Shown in pieces: positions 1 through 13,200 of a DNA stretch of 64,000 bases. This DNA comes from Coniocarpon cinnabarinum (taxonomy: Eukaryota): positions 1-64,000 of the forward strand of contig JAVECO010000017.1 of the NCBI GenBank assembly GCA_051942205.1, written 5' to 3'. Each line of letters starts with the position of its first letter. The first letter of the stretch is position 1. A program made the position numbers and the translations under genes. The notes under the pieces are model-generated. The model worked only from the letters and a program-made list of their open reading frames with translations. It had not been told where the DNA came from and made no database searches.

Positions 1-1080
1 CTCCCTCCATATCCACCACCACCTCCTCCGCCCACCATCCCCAAAAGCGACGGCGGCAGAAGCACAGGGACAGAAGCACAGGGACAGAAGCCCACCGGGA
101 AAAAAAACGTGTAATCTGTCAGAGTATTAGGGAAGCCCAAAAGCACAAAAGAGTCTATTTTAGAGCAGAAGCCGTTCAAATCTCCTCGTACAAGCTCATT
201 TCTTCCTTCTTCCCCGCCCTTCCTCCCCATCCAACATTCCCAAAAGCCAAGCCGCCAGAGGCACAGGGGCAGAAGCCAGTTGGGAAGAAAAAGGCTTAAA
301 CTATTCATAGAATACAGATGCCCCGAAAAGTACAGGAGAGTCTATGCTAAAGCAAAAGCCGTTCTCGTCTCGTCGTACAAGCTTGTTATTTCCCCCTTCC
401 TTCCCCACCCTCCGTCCCCCAAGGCGGCAGAGGCGTAAACCGATAGAGGAACTCAGAAGCCCGCAAAAGTATAAGAAAGTATAAGAGAGTACAACGAGAT
501 CAATTCAGGTCACAAAGCTGTAAAAAATGCGACAGGTACTTGTCGACGAAAGCCTTGCGGTATTCTTGAACGCGTTTCAAAAGAAGTGAGAGTTTCGAGG
601 AGTTCTATACAAACACGTTATAGTCTCGCTCTACTCAATTTCCTTCTGTACCTCTCATCTTCCTCTTCTCTCCCCATTTCAATGCTGGCCTTTAAACCCG
701 CTATGTCTTCTATTCCCTTTTCCTCTCTGCTTACCCTTCTCTGGCGCTCATGCGTATCTTACTACTCGACCTTTCTCTCTGCGGACTCGTTGCTTCTCCT
801 CCTTCTCCGCCCTCTCTCTACAAAGCCAAGGCGACAAAGGCGCAAGGACATAAGCCCGCAAGGAAAAAAAGGCTTAAAAGGTTAGGGAATTGAGAAAACC
901 TTGAAATCGTAGCATTCTGATTTAGCATTCTGAGAGATAAAAACAGGTTTCGCCGTCGTACTGAGCTTTGTAATCCGAATGAATCTCGTCATACTCAGGA
1001 GGCTCATTCCTTCCCCTCCTTCGCCACCCACCATCCCAGGCGCAAGGCCAAAAGCCCGCAGGGAAGAAGACGAAGAAAGA
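1..1080. repeat. Degenerate repeat array (about 5 diverged copies; the first three spaced about 185-190 bp), probably continuing beyond the window start
   Basis: Recurring blocks GCRCARGGNCANAAGCC..GGAARAA near 76, 261, 840 and 1040; GAGTCTAT..AAGCCGTTC..TCTC.TCGTACAAGCT near 151 and 338; local tandem duplications at 57-91 (CAGAAGCACAGGGA x2.5), 467-490 and 910-933. Confidence 0.75.
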
Positions 1081-1496
1081 CATAACTAGTAGAGAAACCT
1101 GGAAAGGCACACGAGCGTCTCAAGTCGTTGGAATTTATCAAGGCATCGAGCAGTAAAGGATTTTGAGTGCAAGCATTCACGAGCTCCAAGATTGCTGTTA
1201 AAGCTCGATTGATGCTGAGAAATTGGCTTATGCAAGCGATTTCAACCTGAACAGAGCCCATCTGAATTATGCCTAAGCATGAAGAAGCTATGTGGTGCAC
1301 TGATGCAAGAGATATTCGAAGAGGAAGCTCAGGACTGAGACAAAAGATACGTAGAGGTCAAAAGTGACGATTAACTCGCTACATGAATGCATCATCCTGC
1401 CATAATACTACAGCATCTCTAATTTTGTGTAAGCAAGACCGTGTCTGCGCCGAGGGTATAATGCAGAGGGTGGGCCAGACAGGCGCAGAAACGCGC

Positions 1497-3673
1497 TTAG
1501 TCAACCTCCTCCATGGCAGACTCGCCAGTAGCGGCAGCAGGAGCCTCCTCGGCGGCCTTCTCCTCGGTGGTCGTGGCATCCTCATCAATGTTCAGACCAA
1601 GAGACACGAGTCGGTGAATGCGCTCCGCAAAGCCAGAGGGCTCATCGATGGTGAAACCGGAGACCAGGAGCGAAGTTTCGAAGAGCAATTGAGTGATCGA
1701 CTTGACAGTACGGTCATTCTCGCCGTCAGACTCGACCTTGTTCTTGAGCTCTTGGATGATAGGGCTCTTGGGGCTGATCTCGAAGGTCTTCTTGCTGGAC
1801 ATGTAGGAAGACATGGAGGTGTCACGAAGCGCCTGAGCCTTCATGATCCGCTCCATGTTGGCAGACCAGCCAAACTGGCCGGTACGAATGGCGCAGGGAG
1901 CACCGCCGGTAAGCTTATGGCTAACCACAACCTTTTCGACCTTGTCACCGAGCACATTCTTCAAGCTCTTTGCAAGAGCTTCGTACTCCTTCTCCTCCTG
2001 CTCACGTGCCTTCTTCTCATCCTCGGTCTCCTCAAGCTCGAAGTCTTTAGTGATGTCGACAAGCTTCTTGCCTTCGAATTCCTTGAGCTGAGTGAAGGCA
2101 TATTCGTCAATAGGATCAACCAAGAAAAGCACTTCGAAGCCTTTCTCCTTGAGAGTATCAAGGAATGGCGACTTCTGCACAGCTTTGAGCGATTCACCAG
2201 TGATGTAGTACATCTGCTTTTGATGCTCAGGCATGCGAGTGATGTAGTCTTGCAGCGAAGTGGTCTCGTCACCAGACTTGGTCGAGTTGTAGCGCAAAAG
2301 CTTAGCAAGAGATTGGCGGTTCTGGGAGTCTTCGTGAATACCAAGCTTGATGTTCTTGCTAAAGGCCGTGTAGAATTTGTCGAATTGCTCCTTGTCTTCA
2401 GCAATCTCGTTGAAGAGCTCGAGAGTCTTCTTGACGATGTTCTTCTTGATGACTTTCATGATCTTGTTCTGCTGGAGTGTCTCACGGGACAGATTGAGTG
2501 GAAGGTCCTCAGAGTCCACAACACCCTTGATGAAACTCAACCACTCTGGAATGAGATCAGTGGCGTCATCAGTGATGAACACACGGCGGACATAGAGCTT
2601 GATGTTGTTCTTGGTCTTCTTGGTCTCAAAGAGATCGAAGGGGGCACGCTTAGGGATGAAGAGGATGGCACGGAATTCGAGTTGACCTTCAACAGAGAAG
2701 TGCTTGACTGCAAGATGGTCTTCCCAGTCGTTCGACAAGGACTTGTAGAAAGAGCCATACTCCTCTTGACTGATGTCTTGGGGATTGCGAGTCCAGATAG
2801 GCTTAGTCTTATTGAGTTCTTCCTCCTCGATCTTGGACTCTTTGACCTTTTTGGTCTTCTTCTCTTTCTCCTTCTTTTCTTCTTCTTCATCGTCAACTTC
2901 TTCAACCTTGGGCTTCTTCTCTTCATCTTCCTCCTTCTCTTCTTCTTCCTCTTGTGCGTCCTCGTCCGGCACCTCCTTTTCAGTCTCCTTCAGCACGTGG
3001 AGGTAGATAGGGTAAGAAATGAACTCGGAGTGCTTCTTGACGACCTCCTTGATCTTGCTCTCGTTCAAGTAGTCAGTCTGTTCATCCTTGAGATGAAGGA
3101 TGATCTTGGTACCTCGCCCAATTTGCTGGGTGTCGTTGTCTTCAGTGATCTTGAATGTGCCACCAGCACTGGATTCCCAGATGTACTGCTCATCGTCGTT
3201 GTTCTTTGAAATAACAGTGACCTTGTCCGCAACCAGGTAGGCTGAGTAGAATCCAACACCGAACTGACCAATCATAGAAATGTCAGCACCAGCACTGAGT
3301 GCTTCCATGAATTGTTTCGTGCCCGAACGAGCGATAGTGCCAAGGTTGTTGATAAGGTCAGCTTTGGTCATGCCAATACCGGTGTCTTGTATGGTCAAGG
3401 TCTTGTTCTCCTTGTCGGGAATGATGTCAATGCGGAGGTCTTTGCCAGAGTCCAGCTTCGATGGGTCTGAGAGAGCTTCATAGCGGATCTTGTCCAGGGC
3501 GTCAGAAGAGTTGGAGATGATTTCCCTAAGGAAAATTTCTTTATTTGAGTAGACGGTGTTGATGATGAGGGAGAGAAGCTGGGAGATTTCGGCTTGGAAT
3601 TCGAACTAGGGTGGTTGTCAGTGAAATGCTGTAGGCGACCAATGGATTGCACACTCACCGTTTCTGAGCTCAT
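1497..3673 (-). CDS. HSP90: Heat shock protein 90, cytosolic (about 707 aa); exons 3673-3659 and 3605-1497
   Basis: Spliced N-terminus [47 protein letters not shown] and C-terminal MEEVD; 53-nt GT-AG intron 3606-3658 with CTGAC branch. Confidence 0.99.
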
Positions 3674-3861
3674 GATTGCAAGCTTTCAGTGTGGAGTAGA
3701 TAGAGAGTCAGCAATTGAAGATCGAGAAGGACAACACGAGCTGTACGATGTAGGTTGGAATATATGAGGCGAGTGGGAGAAGGGTTGATGTGAAGAAGAC
3801 GGCTGGAAAGTGGGCCAGGCGGTGCAGAAGAAATTAAAAGAGCAGTTTTCTGTGAGGCTGT

Positions 3862-3876
3862 CGAAGCCTCTGGAAG
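3862..3876. promoter_or_regulatory. Putative heat shock element upstream of HSP90
   Basis: GAAgcCTCtgGAA: three alternating nGAAn units with one mismatch, about 190 bp upstream of the HSP90 ATG. Confidence 0.5.
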
Positions 3877-4360
3877 AAGTGCGGTTTCTTTCCTGTTGTG
3901 GTAATGAGCGATATAACCAGGACTAGCACCATTGGCGCCTTGGTGGCACTCTACTGCTGCGCCTGGGAAAACTTCACGTCACGGATGGACAGTAACAGAC
4001 GGTCTAGTTTGCGCTTTAATTTGGAAGACTTCTTCCATCCATTCATTGATTTCAACAGCTATGTCCGCGCAGCAGACATGAGTCGGCCTGTGTAGGCGTC
4101 CCTAGTCTGAGAGACCGTCACGCACGTCCTCTACAGAAAGGTCAAAGTGTATAGTGTAGCAGCTTGTCGTAATCCAAATGTGTACAGAAGAAGCTGATTG
4201 CATTTGGTCGTGACTCGTTATGATTTCTCGACGTCCCATCCTTGCAAGTGCAAGATCACGGCAGTCATGCTTGACATTGCCACAGCTTGCCCGCCTACAG
4301 TACAATCTTACATGCTCTCCAAGAAGGGTCGTTCTCCGATGTTCCTCGTCTTGCAAGATT

Positions 4361-7300
4361 CTATCGTTGCTGATCTCGGTCAGTTGCAGAAATCGTGAAA
4401 TGCATCAAGCTGACTTACCCGACCACGATGATTGCCCTGCATTTGGGGGACATTACCGAACCCGGAGGAGTATTGGAATGCACCCATGCCACCAATGTTT
4501 GTACCATTGAAATTGTTGTTGGGCCGATATCCACCAGGACTGTTGAAAGGACTTTGGTTTGGTACATTGGCCCGGCCCATGTTCATCGCAGGTAGACCTG
4601 GGGGTGGGTAGGATGCACCACCAGCGCCATTGACGTTGTAAGCCACTGGTGACTGACCTGATGCCAACATGGCCTGATGGTATGACGCGGCACTCTGAGG
4701 TGTCATGGGAGATGTGCGGGGCATGCCCATATTCGACGGATACATTGAGCCATTCATACCACCCGGACTGCCAGCACTGACTGGATCGAATCCGACACTA
4801 GAGTCAACGGAAGGGTTTCGCTGTCCTGTCATTGAGGTATTCAATGGAAAAGGTTGGTTGGCGATGAAAGCCGCGTTAGCACCAGCTTGGGCGGATGCAT
4901 CTGTCGCAGGACCTCGAGAAGAGTCACGGCCCAGTGAACCCCTGGTCGAAAGACCTACTTCATCCATGAGACGCTTGTAGCCCTGATTCGGTTGAGCCTT
5001 GATCTTGATCAGAACCTTTCGGACATTGTCAGAGATGCTACTTCGGAGATTTTCATCCAAGAATGGCGTTGTGATGATTTTGAAAATTAGCATAGCTCCA
5101 CATGTCTGATCCTGCAGAATGTCCTCTAATACTTGATCATCAGGGGAGAAGAAGAGCGCCTGGAGGACGATGTCTCGCGCTTCGGGCTCGTTGCGTTGAT
5201 TGATGAGCTTTAGAACGGTCAAGTATGCAACCTTGTGGGTACATAAATGTACAAGATGCGGGACAAGGCGAGGAGCGAGCACCTTTCTGCGGTGAGGAAA
5301 GTTACAGGTATCAAGGAACCACGTAAGCAGAAGGGCCCCATTGGCATTCGTTGCCAAATGCACGCTGTGAATGGCGATGGTCGCAGCCAGCATGCGTTGT
5401 TGATCTTTTGTTGCGTGATGACTTTCTAAGCACGCTCGCATTGCTCGTGCTCCGAAGCGACCCTGTGCGATAGTCCAAAGGCGATTGAGCATCACCTCAA
5501 AGACGAAATCATTCCATGGAGCGCCGAATCGTAGACAACATTGCATAACGTAATTCCCGTATTGATCCAGGAAGGACGCCATAGAATACGGCCTGAGGTT
5601 CCCGATGATCATATTCATCTGCGAGGGGGTGCGGGCCACATCGATGATCTTTTGCGCAGCCCAAGTGCCGTTCTTGTGCACGCCAATTTCAGCGAGTCTC
5701 GGGGCAACTTCTGCGAGCATTGCCTCCTTGACGTCCTCGGAAGAGAACTCGAAAAGCTTTTGAACGACCGTGTTGCCTAAGTAGTCCGAGGAGAGCTCAC
5801 CAATCTCAGGTAACATACTCACAGCTGTCTCTTCGATCTCGACGTGGCTCATCGAGTTGTTATCAATCTTCTTGCGAATTTCGCGCAACCGTGGAGCATC
5901 AAAGATGCGGTTGTGATTCGCCTCGGGTACCGGTGGAATCTCAGACTCAAACGCGTTGAATTCGCAGGCCTCTTCCAACATGTTTCGAATTTTCATCTGG
6001 TCTTCGTCGGATGCACCGAGGTCAAGCACAATGGACAAAACGTCAGCCTTGATCGCACTCAGTTCTGGAACGCTGAAGTTGAGTGTGCCAGGTCGCGAGA
6101 ATGTGGACTGATCGTGGGAAGAGAAACCCGTCCTCATTCCGCTATGGGTGAATGGGTCTGGACTCGGAGAGGGATGATGACTGTTGTGGCTCGGGGTACC
6201 AGTCGCACTGGGTGCTTTGGCGTAGCCAATCCGAACAGGTCCAGCACCCGGGAAGATCTCCCGTCCATTGAAGTGAGCTCTCGCTCTGGAAGCACACTCG
6301 ACACTTTCAAAATTGACGAAGCCGCAACTCTTGTGGGTCAAGACTCGAGCAGACTCGATCTTGCCAAATGGATCGAAGATTGCCTTGAGCGAGCTCGGCG
6401 TAGTAGACGTCGGAATGCCGCCAAGCCATAGAGCGCGTGTCGCTTCTGTGACAGCATCACCCTCATAGTCGCCCAAGATCGATGACTTGCCACCAGGGCC
6501 GAGGTGCATTGCTTGCACAGCGTCGGACAGTCCCGAGTAGTCTCGATCGTTCATTTGTCCAAGAGGAGCACCTACGCTTCGCCACATTCGCGCAGATGGC
6601 TTGTCCAGCACGCCAGCTGTCCTTGCACGTGGTCGGTTTGACGAGGCCTGGTTAGCAAAGGCCTGGACGTCAAGGTTGTGCCGGTGAATCTCAGCGTGCG
6701 TCATGGCAAGAGCAGCAGCTGTGAGCTCTGCCGATGGAGTCATTGTTCCGCTGAAGAAGCCTCCCGCATTGTAGTCGAGTCCATCCTCTTCCTCGGCTGC
6801 GTATTTCTCCTTGGCATTGACAGAGTAGGATCTGAAGCGGTTGCTGCGATTCATGTTGGCAAAATTTGCGAGCAGAGGTTGAGGAATGCCAGATCCAGGT
6901 TGTGCGGGAGGCATGTAGTTTACTGGACTGTAAACGTCTTGAGCCTTGCTCTGAGGCGGGTCGACCAGACCAAGGTAATCTAGAGTCTTGACGTCTGTGT
7001 CGGAAAAGTCCCTCTGAAAGGCCGAGTTGGGCGATCCTGGGTCTTTGGACTGCTGCGTACCTGAATGAGTGTTTGCTCGGTCACGATTTGCGATCCAATT
7101 TGTCGAGAACAATGACGAACCGAAGGGGCTAGACGAGTTCGCAAGTAAGCTTGATTTCTGCGGCATGGACCCAGCTCTAATGCGCGAAAGAAGGGCAGAT
7201 TTGCCTGCGGCTGCGGAAGCACCGCTGTTCGACCTGCTCACACCACCAGTGATGGAGTTGCTGGCAGGCCTAAATGGACTAGTCGAGGGCGTGGGTCTGG

Positions 7301-7868
7301 CCGATGAGCGTGCTGAATTTTGCTGAGCTGGGACAGCCTGGCCCACACCGGGGAATTGAGATGGGACAGTTCCAGCACGGCCTCGTCGCAGACTGCCAGC
7401 CCTCTCACGTCCAGTAGACTCGGCGTTGGTGTTGCCCAGATCTGGAAAAGTGTCATCTCCCGGCGATTCCGGAATTGTTTCTCTCAACGGGGTAGATAGA
7501 CCACTGGCGGTAGGCGGGCCCCACATCGACCGAGTAGAGCCTTCAGATTGTTGCAATTCTCGGGCCCTGCAGGAAAGTCAGTACATGAGAGACACTGCGC
7601 ATGCTATCTCATCAGTCAGAGCATACCTCCTCGGGTAGAAACGACTGCCATTATGCTCATTGGATGGGGAGCCTCTTCTCCCAGCGGTGGCGGTGCTCAG
7701 ACCTGTGAGGGAATTGCCTTCGGCCTGAGGCAACCGGGCGGTCGGTGGCTGCTCAATCGGCGACGAAGCGGCCGAGGATGCGCCTGACCGGTTGGGTGTC
7801 TGATTCATTTGCGGTAAGCCTCCAAGATCGAGGTGGTATTGCGGCTTCGTCGAGGGTGGAGGCGGCAT
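4361..7868 (-). CDS. JSN1: Pumilio-repeat plus RRM RNA-binding protein (Jsn1/Puf1-Puf2 family); exons 7868-7627, 7566-4419 and 4369-4361
   Basis: RRM (TRALWLGGIP...SCGFVNF) followed by PUF repeats (SSDYLGNTVVQKLFE, HKNGTWAAQKIID, DQYGNYVMQCCL); a GTATGC..CAG intron joins the two ORFs in frame; the final 49-nt GTAAGT..CAG intron is inferred. Confidence 0.93.
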
Positions 7869-8694
7869 GATTAGGTGGGCGTCGAGAAAGAATTACGACT
7901 AAGCGTATAGTGAGGAGTCTGTCTTGGCAGACTGTATATTTGGTTGTTGAAACGTGTTGTAGGAATGACTAGGTGTTCCGGAGTCTCCGTTCCGGACAGA
8001 GGATGTGTAAAAAGGGCCGCGCACGCAGGGCCAAAGAAGATTGAGGTGTTGTAAAGGAGCGGCTATCGAAGCAAAAGCTCAGATAAGAACAGGATGTACA
8101 AACAAGTGGACCACGAGAGAGACAGCAGCCCGGCCTTGATTAGGAGCGTGTTGAATATGGAGATAAGACACGAAACGGGAAAGAGGAGAGGAAGCGTCGA
8201 CGAGGGCGGGGGAGAGAGGATGTGCTATAGCAGGAGAGTGAGCGAGAGATGGGGAAGGGTGGAAATTAGAGACTGGCGGAGGAATATTGGCGACAGGGTT
8301 GGGGAGAGGTGAAACGCAGCCAACGTTATCGTGGCGCACTAGAAGCGTTGGATGTGCCCACGAGTGCTGTCGCAGGTTCTTTTTACGTCCACCCTGGCGC
8401 AGTGCTACATACTACCCTGCCACACCTGCCATCCAGGCCTCGCTCTCGTGTCTCTTCCCACTTTTCTACACTCTGCAGGTGTTCCTCTTCCCTGCCTGAT
8501 TCCCTTTTAATCTCTCATGTCCAACCTGCAGAGTCCGGCGCCGAGACCACTGCCCACCATTCCCAGCCGCAGCTGGGACGAGTAGCAAGGCCAGACGAGA
8601 GAATGGGCCTCTGCCACTCCCCACTGGCGATCACGTCGGCTTCCGCCCCCAAGCTGAAACACCAACTGGCGCCTCCAACTTTCCCCACACCCTG

Positions 8695-8726
8695 CTTCTT
8701 CTTCTTCCTCTTCTTCCTCTTCTTCC
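8695..8726. repeat. Imperfect (CTT/CCT)n microsatellite between JSN1 and SET9
   Basis: CTTCTTCTTCTTCCTCTTCTTCCTCTTCTTCC read directly. Confidence 0.7.
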
Positions 8727-9179
8727 CCGGCTCCCGCTGAGCTGATGCCGACGGCCTCTTTGGCTGGCCCCGCGACCAAGTGCGGAGTACGCGCGTCCGA
8801 TCAGCTTACGTTTCATACCTCTCTGCCTGCGTGCGTCGTTCGCTTCTTGGCCCGTTCTGTGTGCCACCTTGTCTCTCGGCACTCCAAGCTATAGCACGTC
8901 GCGGTGCACATCTTACACTTTTCATTCGATCCTGAAATACACGTCACCTTTGGAATCTATAGACATGTCGCAAATTTACACTGATAATGTGACTGCGACA
9001 GGTTCCTCAGTGGATATACATCTGACCTCCTGTCGCCTCAGAGAATGCGTTGTGCACCTCGGCTGCTCCATCATCATCCATTTCCCTTGTGTTCCACTGG
9101 CTCAATAACAGATCTCACCGTACCCTTACATCCCCTCACCTCCGTCGCTGGCCACGTTTCCCTTGCTCCCCACGACACT

Positions 9180-12100
9180 TCAGAGCGTCTGTCGACTTCG
9201 TCGAGAAGATGCGCGTGCCCTGGCGTTCGCAATGACGTCTGCTTCCGCCGCCCATTCCACGTCTGAATGGGCCGATTCTTCTTCCTTCGCGCAGGCCTCC
9301 GGCCCAAACTCATACACCCATCCCCGCGTTAGCTTTGGCCTGTCGTCTTTGACAAACGTGCGCTTCAGCTTCCCCGGCGTGTCTGATGCTTCTTTGGGCG
9401 CGGCCGTGGGTCTCTCACCGGCTGCTTGAGTCATTCGTCGTTTCGTGCGTGTTTCTTTGGGCGCTCCCGGCACTCGCGCCTCAGGTTTCTTCTTGAGACG
9501 ATCGTAGCGATCCAGAGAGCGAAGATAGCTCTTGTTTATTTGTCCATAATCCGAGCCAGACTCTGATTGTTCAGACTCAGACTCCTCTGAACCTGAATCT
9601 GAACTTCCTGAAGTTTCACTCTCCGTCTCAAAGTCCGTAGACGAAGTTGAGTTCTCATCTGAATCTTCATGAGAAGCCTCAGTGGACGACTCCTCCTCGT
9701 GTTCCTCGTCCACAGAGTTTTCAGGACGCTTTACCTCGCGTCGAGCGAGCTTCGGGTTTGACGTCCGTGTGACAGACAAGTTTTTCCCAATCTTAGAGGA
9801 TTCATATTTGATTTCGTCAGTATACGTGGGCTTTGCGTTTGGAGCGACGTTCCCTTGCGTAGTCTCTTTCGTAACGCTTCCGAGCTTGCCAGTGGGTGGA
9901 AGGAGTCCCTTGCGTCGTGCAGCTACGCCAACATAAAGACCCGAGCGCACATATTTCCTCTTGACAGGCTGAGTCACAAGTGCAGTGGTTGATCGAGGTC
10001 GCACAGATCGTGGGGCTCGCACACTTCGTGACACTGTTGGGAGTTTAGACCCGCGAGGGGCAGTGTCAGCCTCTGGAACCGCTACTCGATTTTCCTCTGC
10101 TGAAGGTTTGCCGGCCTTGATCCGGGAGCCAGATGCATCATACGCTTTCCTCAGTCCTTCCTCTTCTGCAGTGGCTGGTACAAGCACCCATCCCTTCCAT
10201 TTCGAAGGCTTGTAGCCCTCAGGCAAGGGCGAATTCTCCGCCTTTTTGGAGGACTTTTCAACGGCAGGCTTGGAAGGTGTTTTCGTCGGCGGCTTTTGTG
10301 CATCGGCTTTTACAGCTTGTAGAGCTTCCTTCTCTCGCTTGCGCTTCTCCTTCTCCAGACGCTCCTGCTCTGCTGCACGTTTTTCTTTCATCCGAGCCTT
10401 GTTCTCTCTGGTGAAGAGACCGCTGCGAACGTATCTACGTTTTGGTCTCTCGAAGCGCAATTGCGTGCGGGCCGTTCGGCCGGAGCCAGAAGATTTGTAT
10501 TTTCGCGCGGCGTCTTCATGTTTACTTACACCAGGATAATCCTTCGAAAGCTTGTGTCTCTTGTGATGAGGAACGAAATGGTCGTCAAAGTCGTCTTCGT
10601 AACCAAAAAAGGTGCGCTTGCCCAGAGACTTCCGGAACACACGACCTCGTTCGGGTTCCTCGTCTTCCCACTCCTCGTCTTGCTGTGCTGGAGAAACAGT
10701 ATCCTGGTCAATCTGTCGAAGCAGCCTCTTTAAGGCCTTTTCCTTGCCTTTCTTGATATTCTTCTCCTCAGTCGGCCCCACGAAACGATTAACCTCTCGA
10801 TGGTCAAGGACCCTTTTTTCGGCGTCGAACTTGCTCGCAGGATCAGTCTTTGGCCACTTGTATCCGTAGAGTTTTGAATGACGTTCACAACGTGGACACG
10901 CGAACCTTGTCTGATAGGCATTGGACTGCACGAAGTACTCCTCACACACACGGCACTGCACCCAGCGCTGATGTGAGAAGGACAGCAGTCGTGGAGTCAG
11001 TGTGTAATCGCCTGGCCTTCGGCCCTCAGTGCTTGGCCCCTTGCCCTGTCTCATGGATGACGTTTCGGACTCAACAACGTCGACAAGCGGTTCAACCATC
11101 ACAGGCACACCCATAGCGTTTGAAGCGCTTTGTAAATGCGATGCCAAATTTTCGGGGTTTTCGGCGACTGTTCCATAGTTCTCGCGGGCAGACGAGAGAG
11201 TGTTCCGGTTCTCATATGGATCAGTCCAACCATTTGACAGACTTGGATGCACCCATTTCTGAGGACTACGACCACGGAGCGGATCATGAAGTGCATGATT
11301 GATGCCGTTGACTGGGGTGAAGCCAGAGTATCCGGAATGATTCACTGCAAGGGCATGCTCGCGCTCAGAGACTGAGGTGGGTGCGGTCGAGGCACTCATG
11401 CCATCCACATTAGATGACATTGACGATCCAGATGGAGCGCCGCCTGAAGGAGAAGACAGTGCTTGAGGGTGAGTAGCAGCTTCCACAACATCGCTCGGCT
11501 CGACCTCTCGACTTAAACTTGAGGAAGCTCGACGTTCATGCGTTGCTGCAACTCGGGATAGCTCGGGTCGCTTGGGAGATCTCTCACCACCTTCAAGGTC
11601 AAGGTGAGCTACCTTGCGCTTTTTCGATGGCGTTGCAGTTCCATCTCGCCGGTTAGAAGATGCTCGAGAATCACTCCTGATGCTTGATTGGGCACGAGAC
11701 AAAGCATTGTCTTCAATTTGACCTTCTTGAACCTCCGAGTCAGAATCTTTGTCCTCGGCCCATCCATTGCGAGCATATCTCTCGCACGTTGCGCAAAGGC
11801 AGTCGCGATTATCTGCGCCAAAGTAGTCATCACCATAGGAGACAGTAATTTCCTCGCCGATTTCAATATCTTTCTGGGCCACGACTTCAATGCCCTGGTC
11901 GTGTGAGGTTCTCAGCCGCGCATTGGCATCGCAATCGTGGTTCGCAAAACGAGCAGGGCCGAGGAAGAGAGATGGCATTCGCTTGCGGCTGGAGATGACA
12001 ATGCTGAAATCCCGTCTGGTCAAATCTAGCTTTTTCTCTTCGTCCTTCGTGATAGGAATCTGCACGCCGGTGAGATGTCTCACAAGCTCTCCGCGGGTAA

Positions 12101-12580
12101 GTTCCGAGCGAGCTGTGATCGAAGCCTCGTGCGTATCAATCGTGTACCTGTTCGTGGTCGATACTTCGAATGGTGCGTCTGGTAGATACATGCGCGTATA
12201 CTTTCGCAAGTGCCGTTCAAAGTGCTCGCGCTCAACGTCTGTCTTGAGCCGTTCGTAAAAAGCCTTGACCGGTTTCAGGGAGAGTATCTCCTCTTCGGCC
12301 GTGAAGATGTCTTTTTCGAGAATCACATGCTTCTGTAAAAGCTTGGGAACAACCTCGTCCCCAATGCCTCGACATGCGAAGTAACGGCCTCGATTCTTGC
12401 GAATCTCTGACCAGTAGTATACCTGGAGGCGCTTGATCAGCGCTTGCGTTTAGAGGATGCGGGGCTCGAGGTGCTTACCTTGTCAACGAGTACATCTGTA
12501 AGGAGATCGTCGTACTCTGCGAGCTGGGTGAGTGTGAGTGCATGTTTACTCCGCTTGAGCTGTTCTTCGGCCGACACCAT
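9180..12580 (-). CDS. SET9: Histone H4K20 methyltransferase Set9 (about 1114 aa); exons 12580-12479 and 12422-9180
   Basis: N-terminal LTLTQLAEYDDLLTDVLVDK|VYYW; SET motifs LFLGPARFANHDCDANA and GEEITVSYGDDYFG; post-SET CLCATCE; later Cys cluster CRVC...CPRCERHSKLYGYKWPKT; 56-nt GT-AG intron. Confidence 0.93.
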
Positions 12581-13200
12581 GGCAGGCGCTGGACTCGGGA
12601 TGCGGTGAAGCGAGTCTTGGAGTAGCGGCAGCGGCCAAAGTCAGGGCGCAAAGAAGGTGGTGGGCTGAGCGAGCGGAAACATAAGGAAATTCGTAAGGCG
12701 CAACGCCGGGAGCAGGAAGTGGTGGTTGAGCGCGGGTGGGCGCGTGAGCAGCCACTCGAGCCAATGGACGATCGCTCGTGGCCCCAGCTCAGTGCTGCGA
12801 TGGGGCGAGTCGGCACTGACGGATAGGCTGGAGGAGGAGGAGGAGCACGGGAGATTGGGAAAAGGGTGGAGACGCAAACAAAGTCGACGGGAAGAGATGT
12901 CTGGATGTAGTGTGCGCCGGACGAACGAGAGGATGTGGCGCTCGAACGAATAATGCGCGCGGTGCCAAGACTGCTCCAGACTGCCCCGACTGCCACGCTG
13001 AGTGAGACTTCCACGCACAGTTTTCTGTGAGGCTGGACAAGAAGTTTATGGCCTGAGAGTTCAGGTATCAAGTACTCGATATCCGGCAACTAGCTCCTCC
13101 TATCTCCGGTCTTCAATTCTCGTGCAACTCTTTTCACTCGAAGCTCCTTCTGGCACTGGACGGGTCGGTGTCGAGACCTCGAGTCTTCACGCACGGCAAA

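Noticed and set aside
1..1080. Possible CRISPR-like or telomeric array
   Set aside because: Units are long and diverged with no identical repeat/unique spacer pattern and no TTAGGG tract; the context is eukaryotic with no cas genes
1383..3209. 608-aa plus-strand ORF overlapping HSP90
   Set aside because: Antisense shadow of a strongly codon-biased gene; Leu/Val/Phe-rich with no recognisable domain
8079..8882. Several 70-140 aa ORFs upstream of JSN1
   Set aside because: Low-complexity GA/CT-rich promoter or UTR sequence; the poly-E and poly-F runs come from the CTT microsatellite
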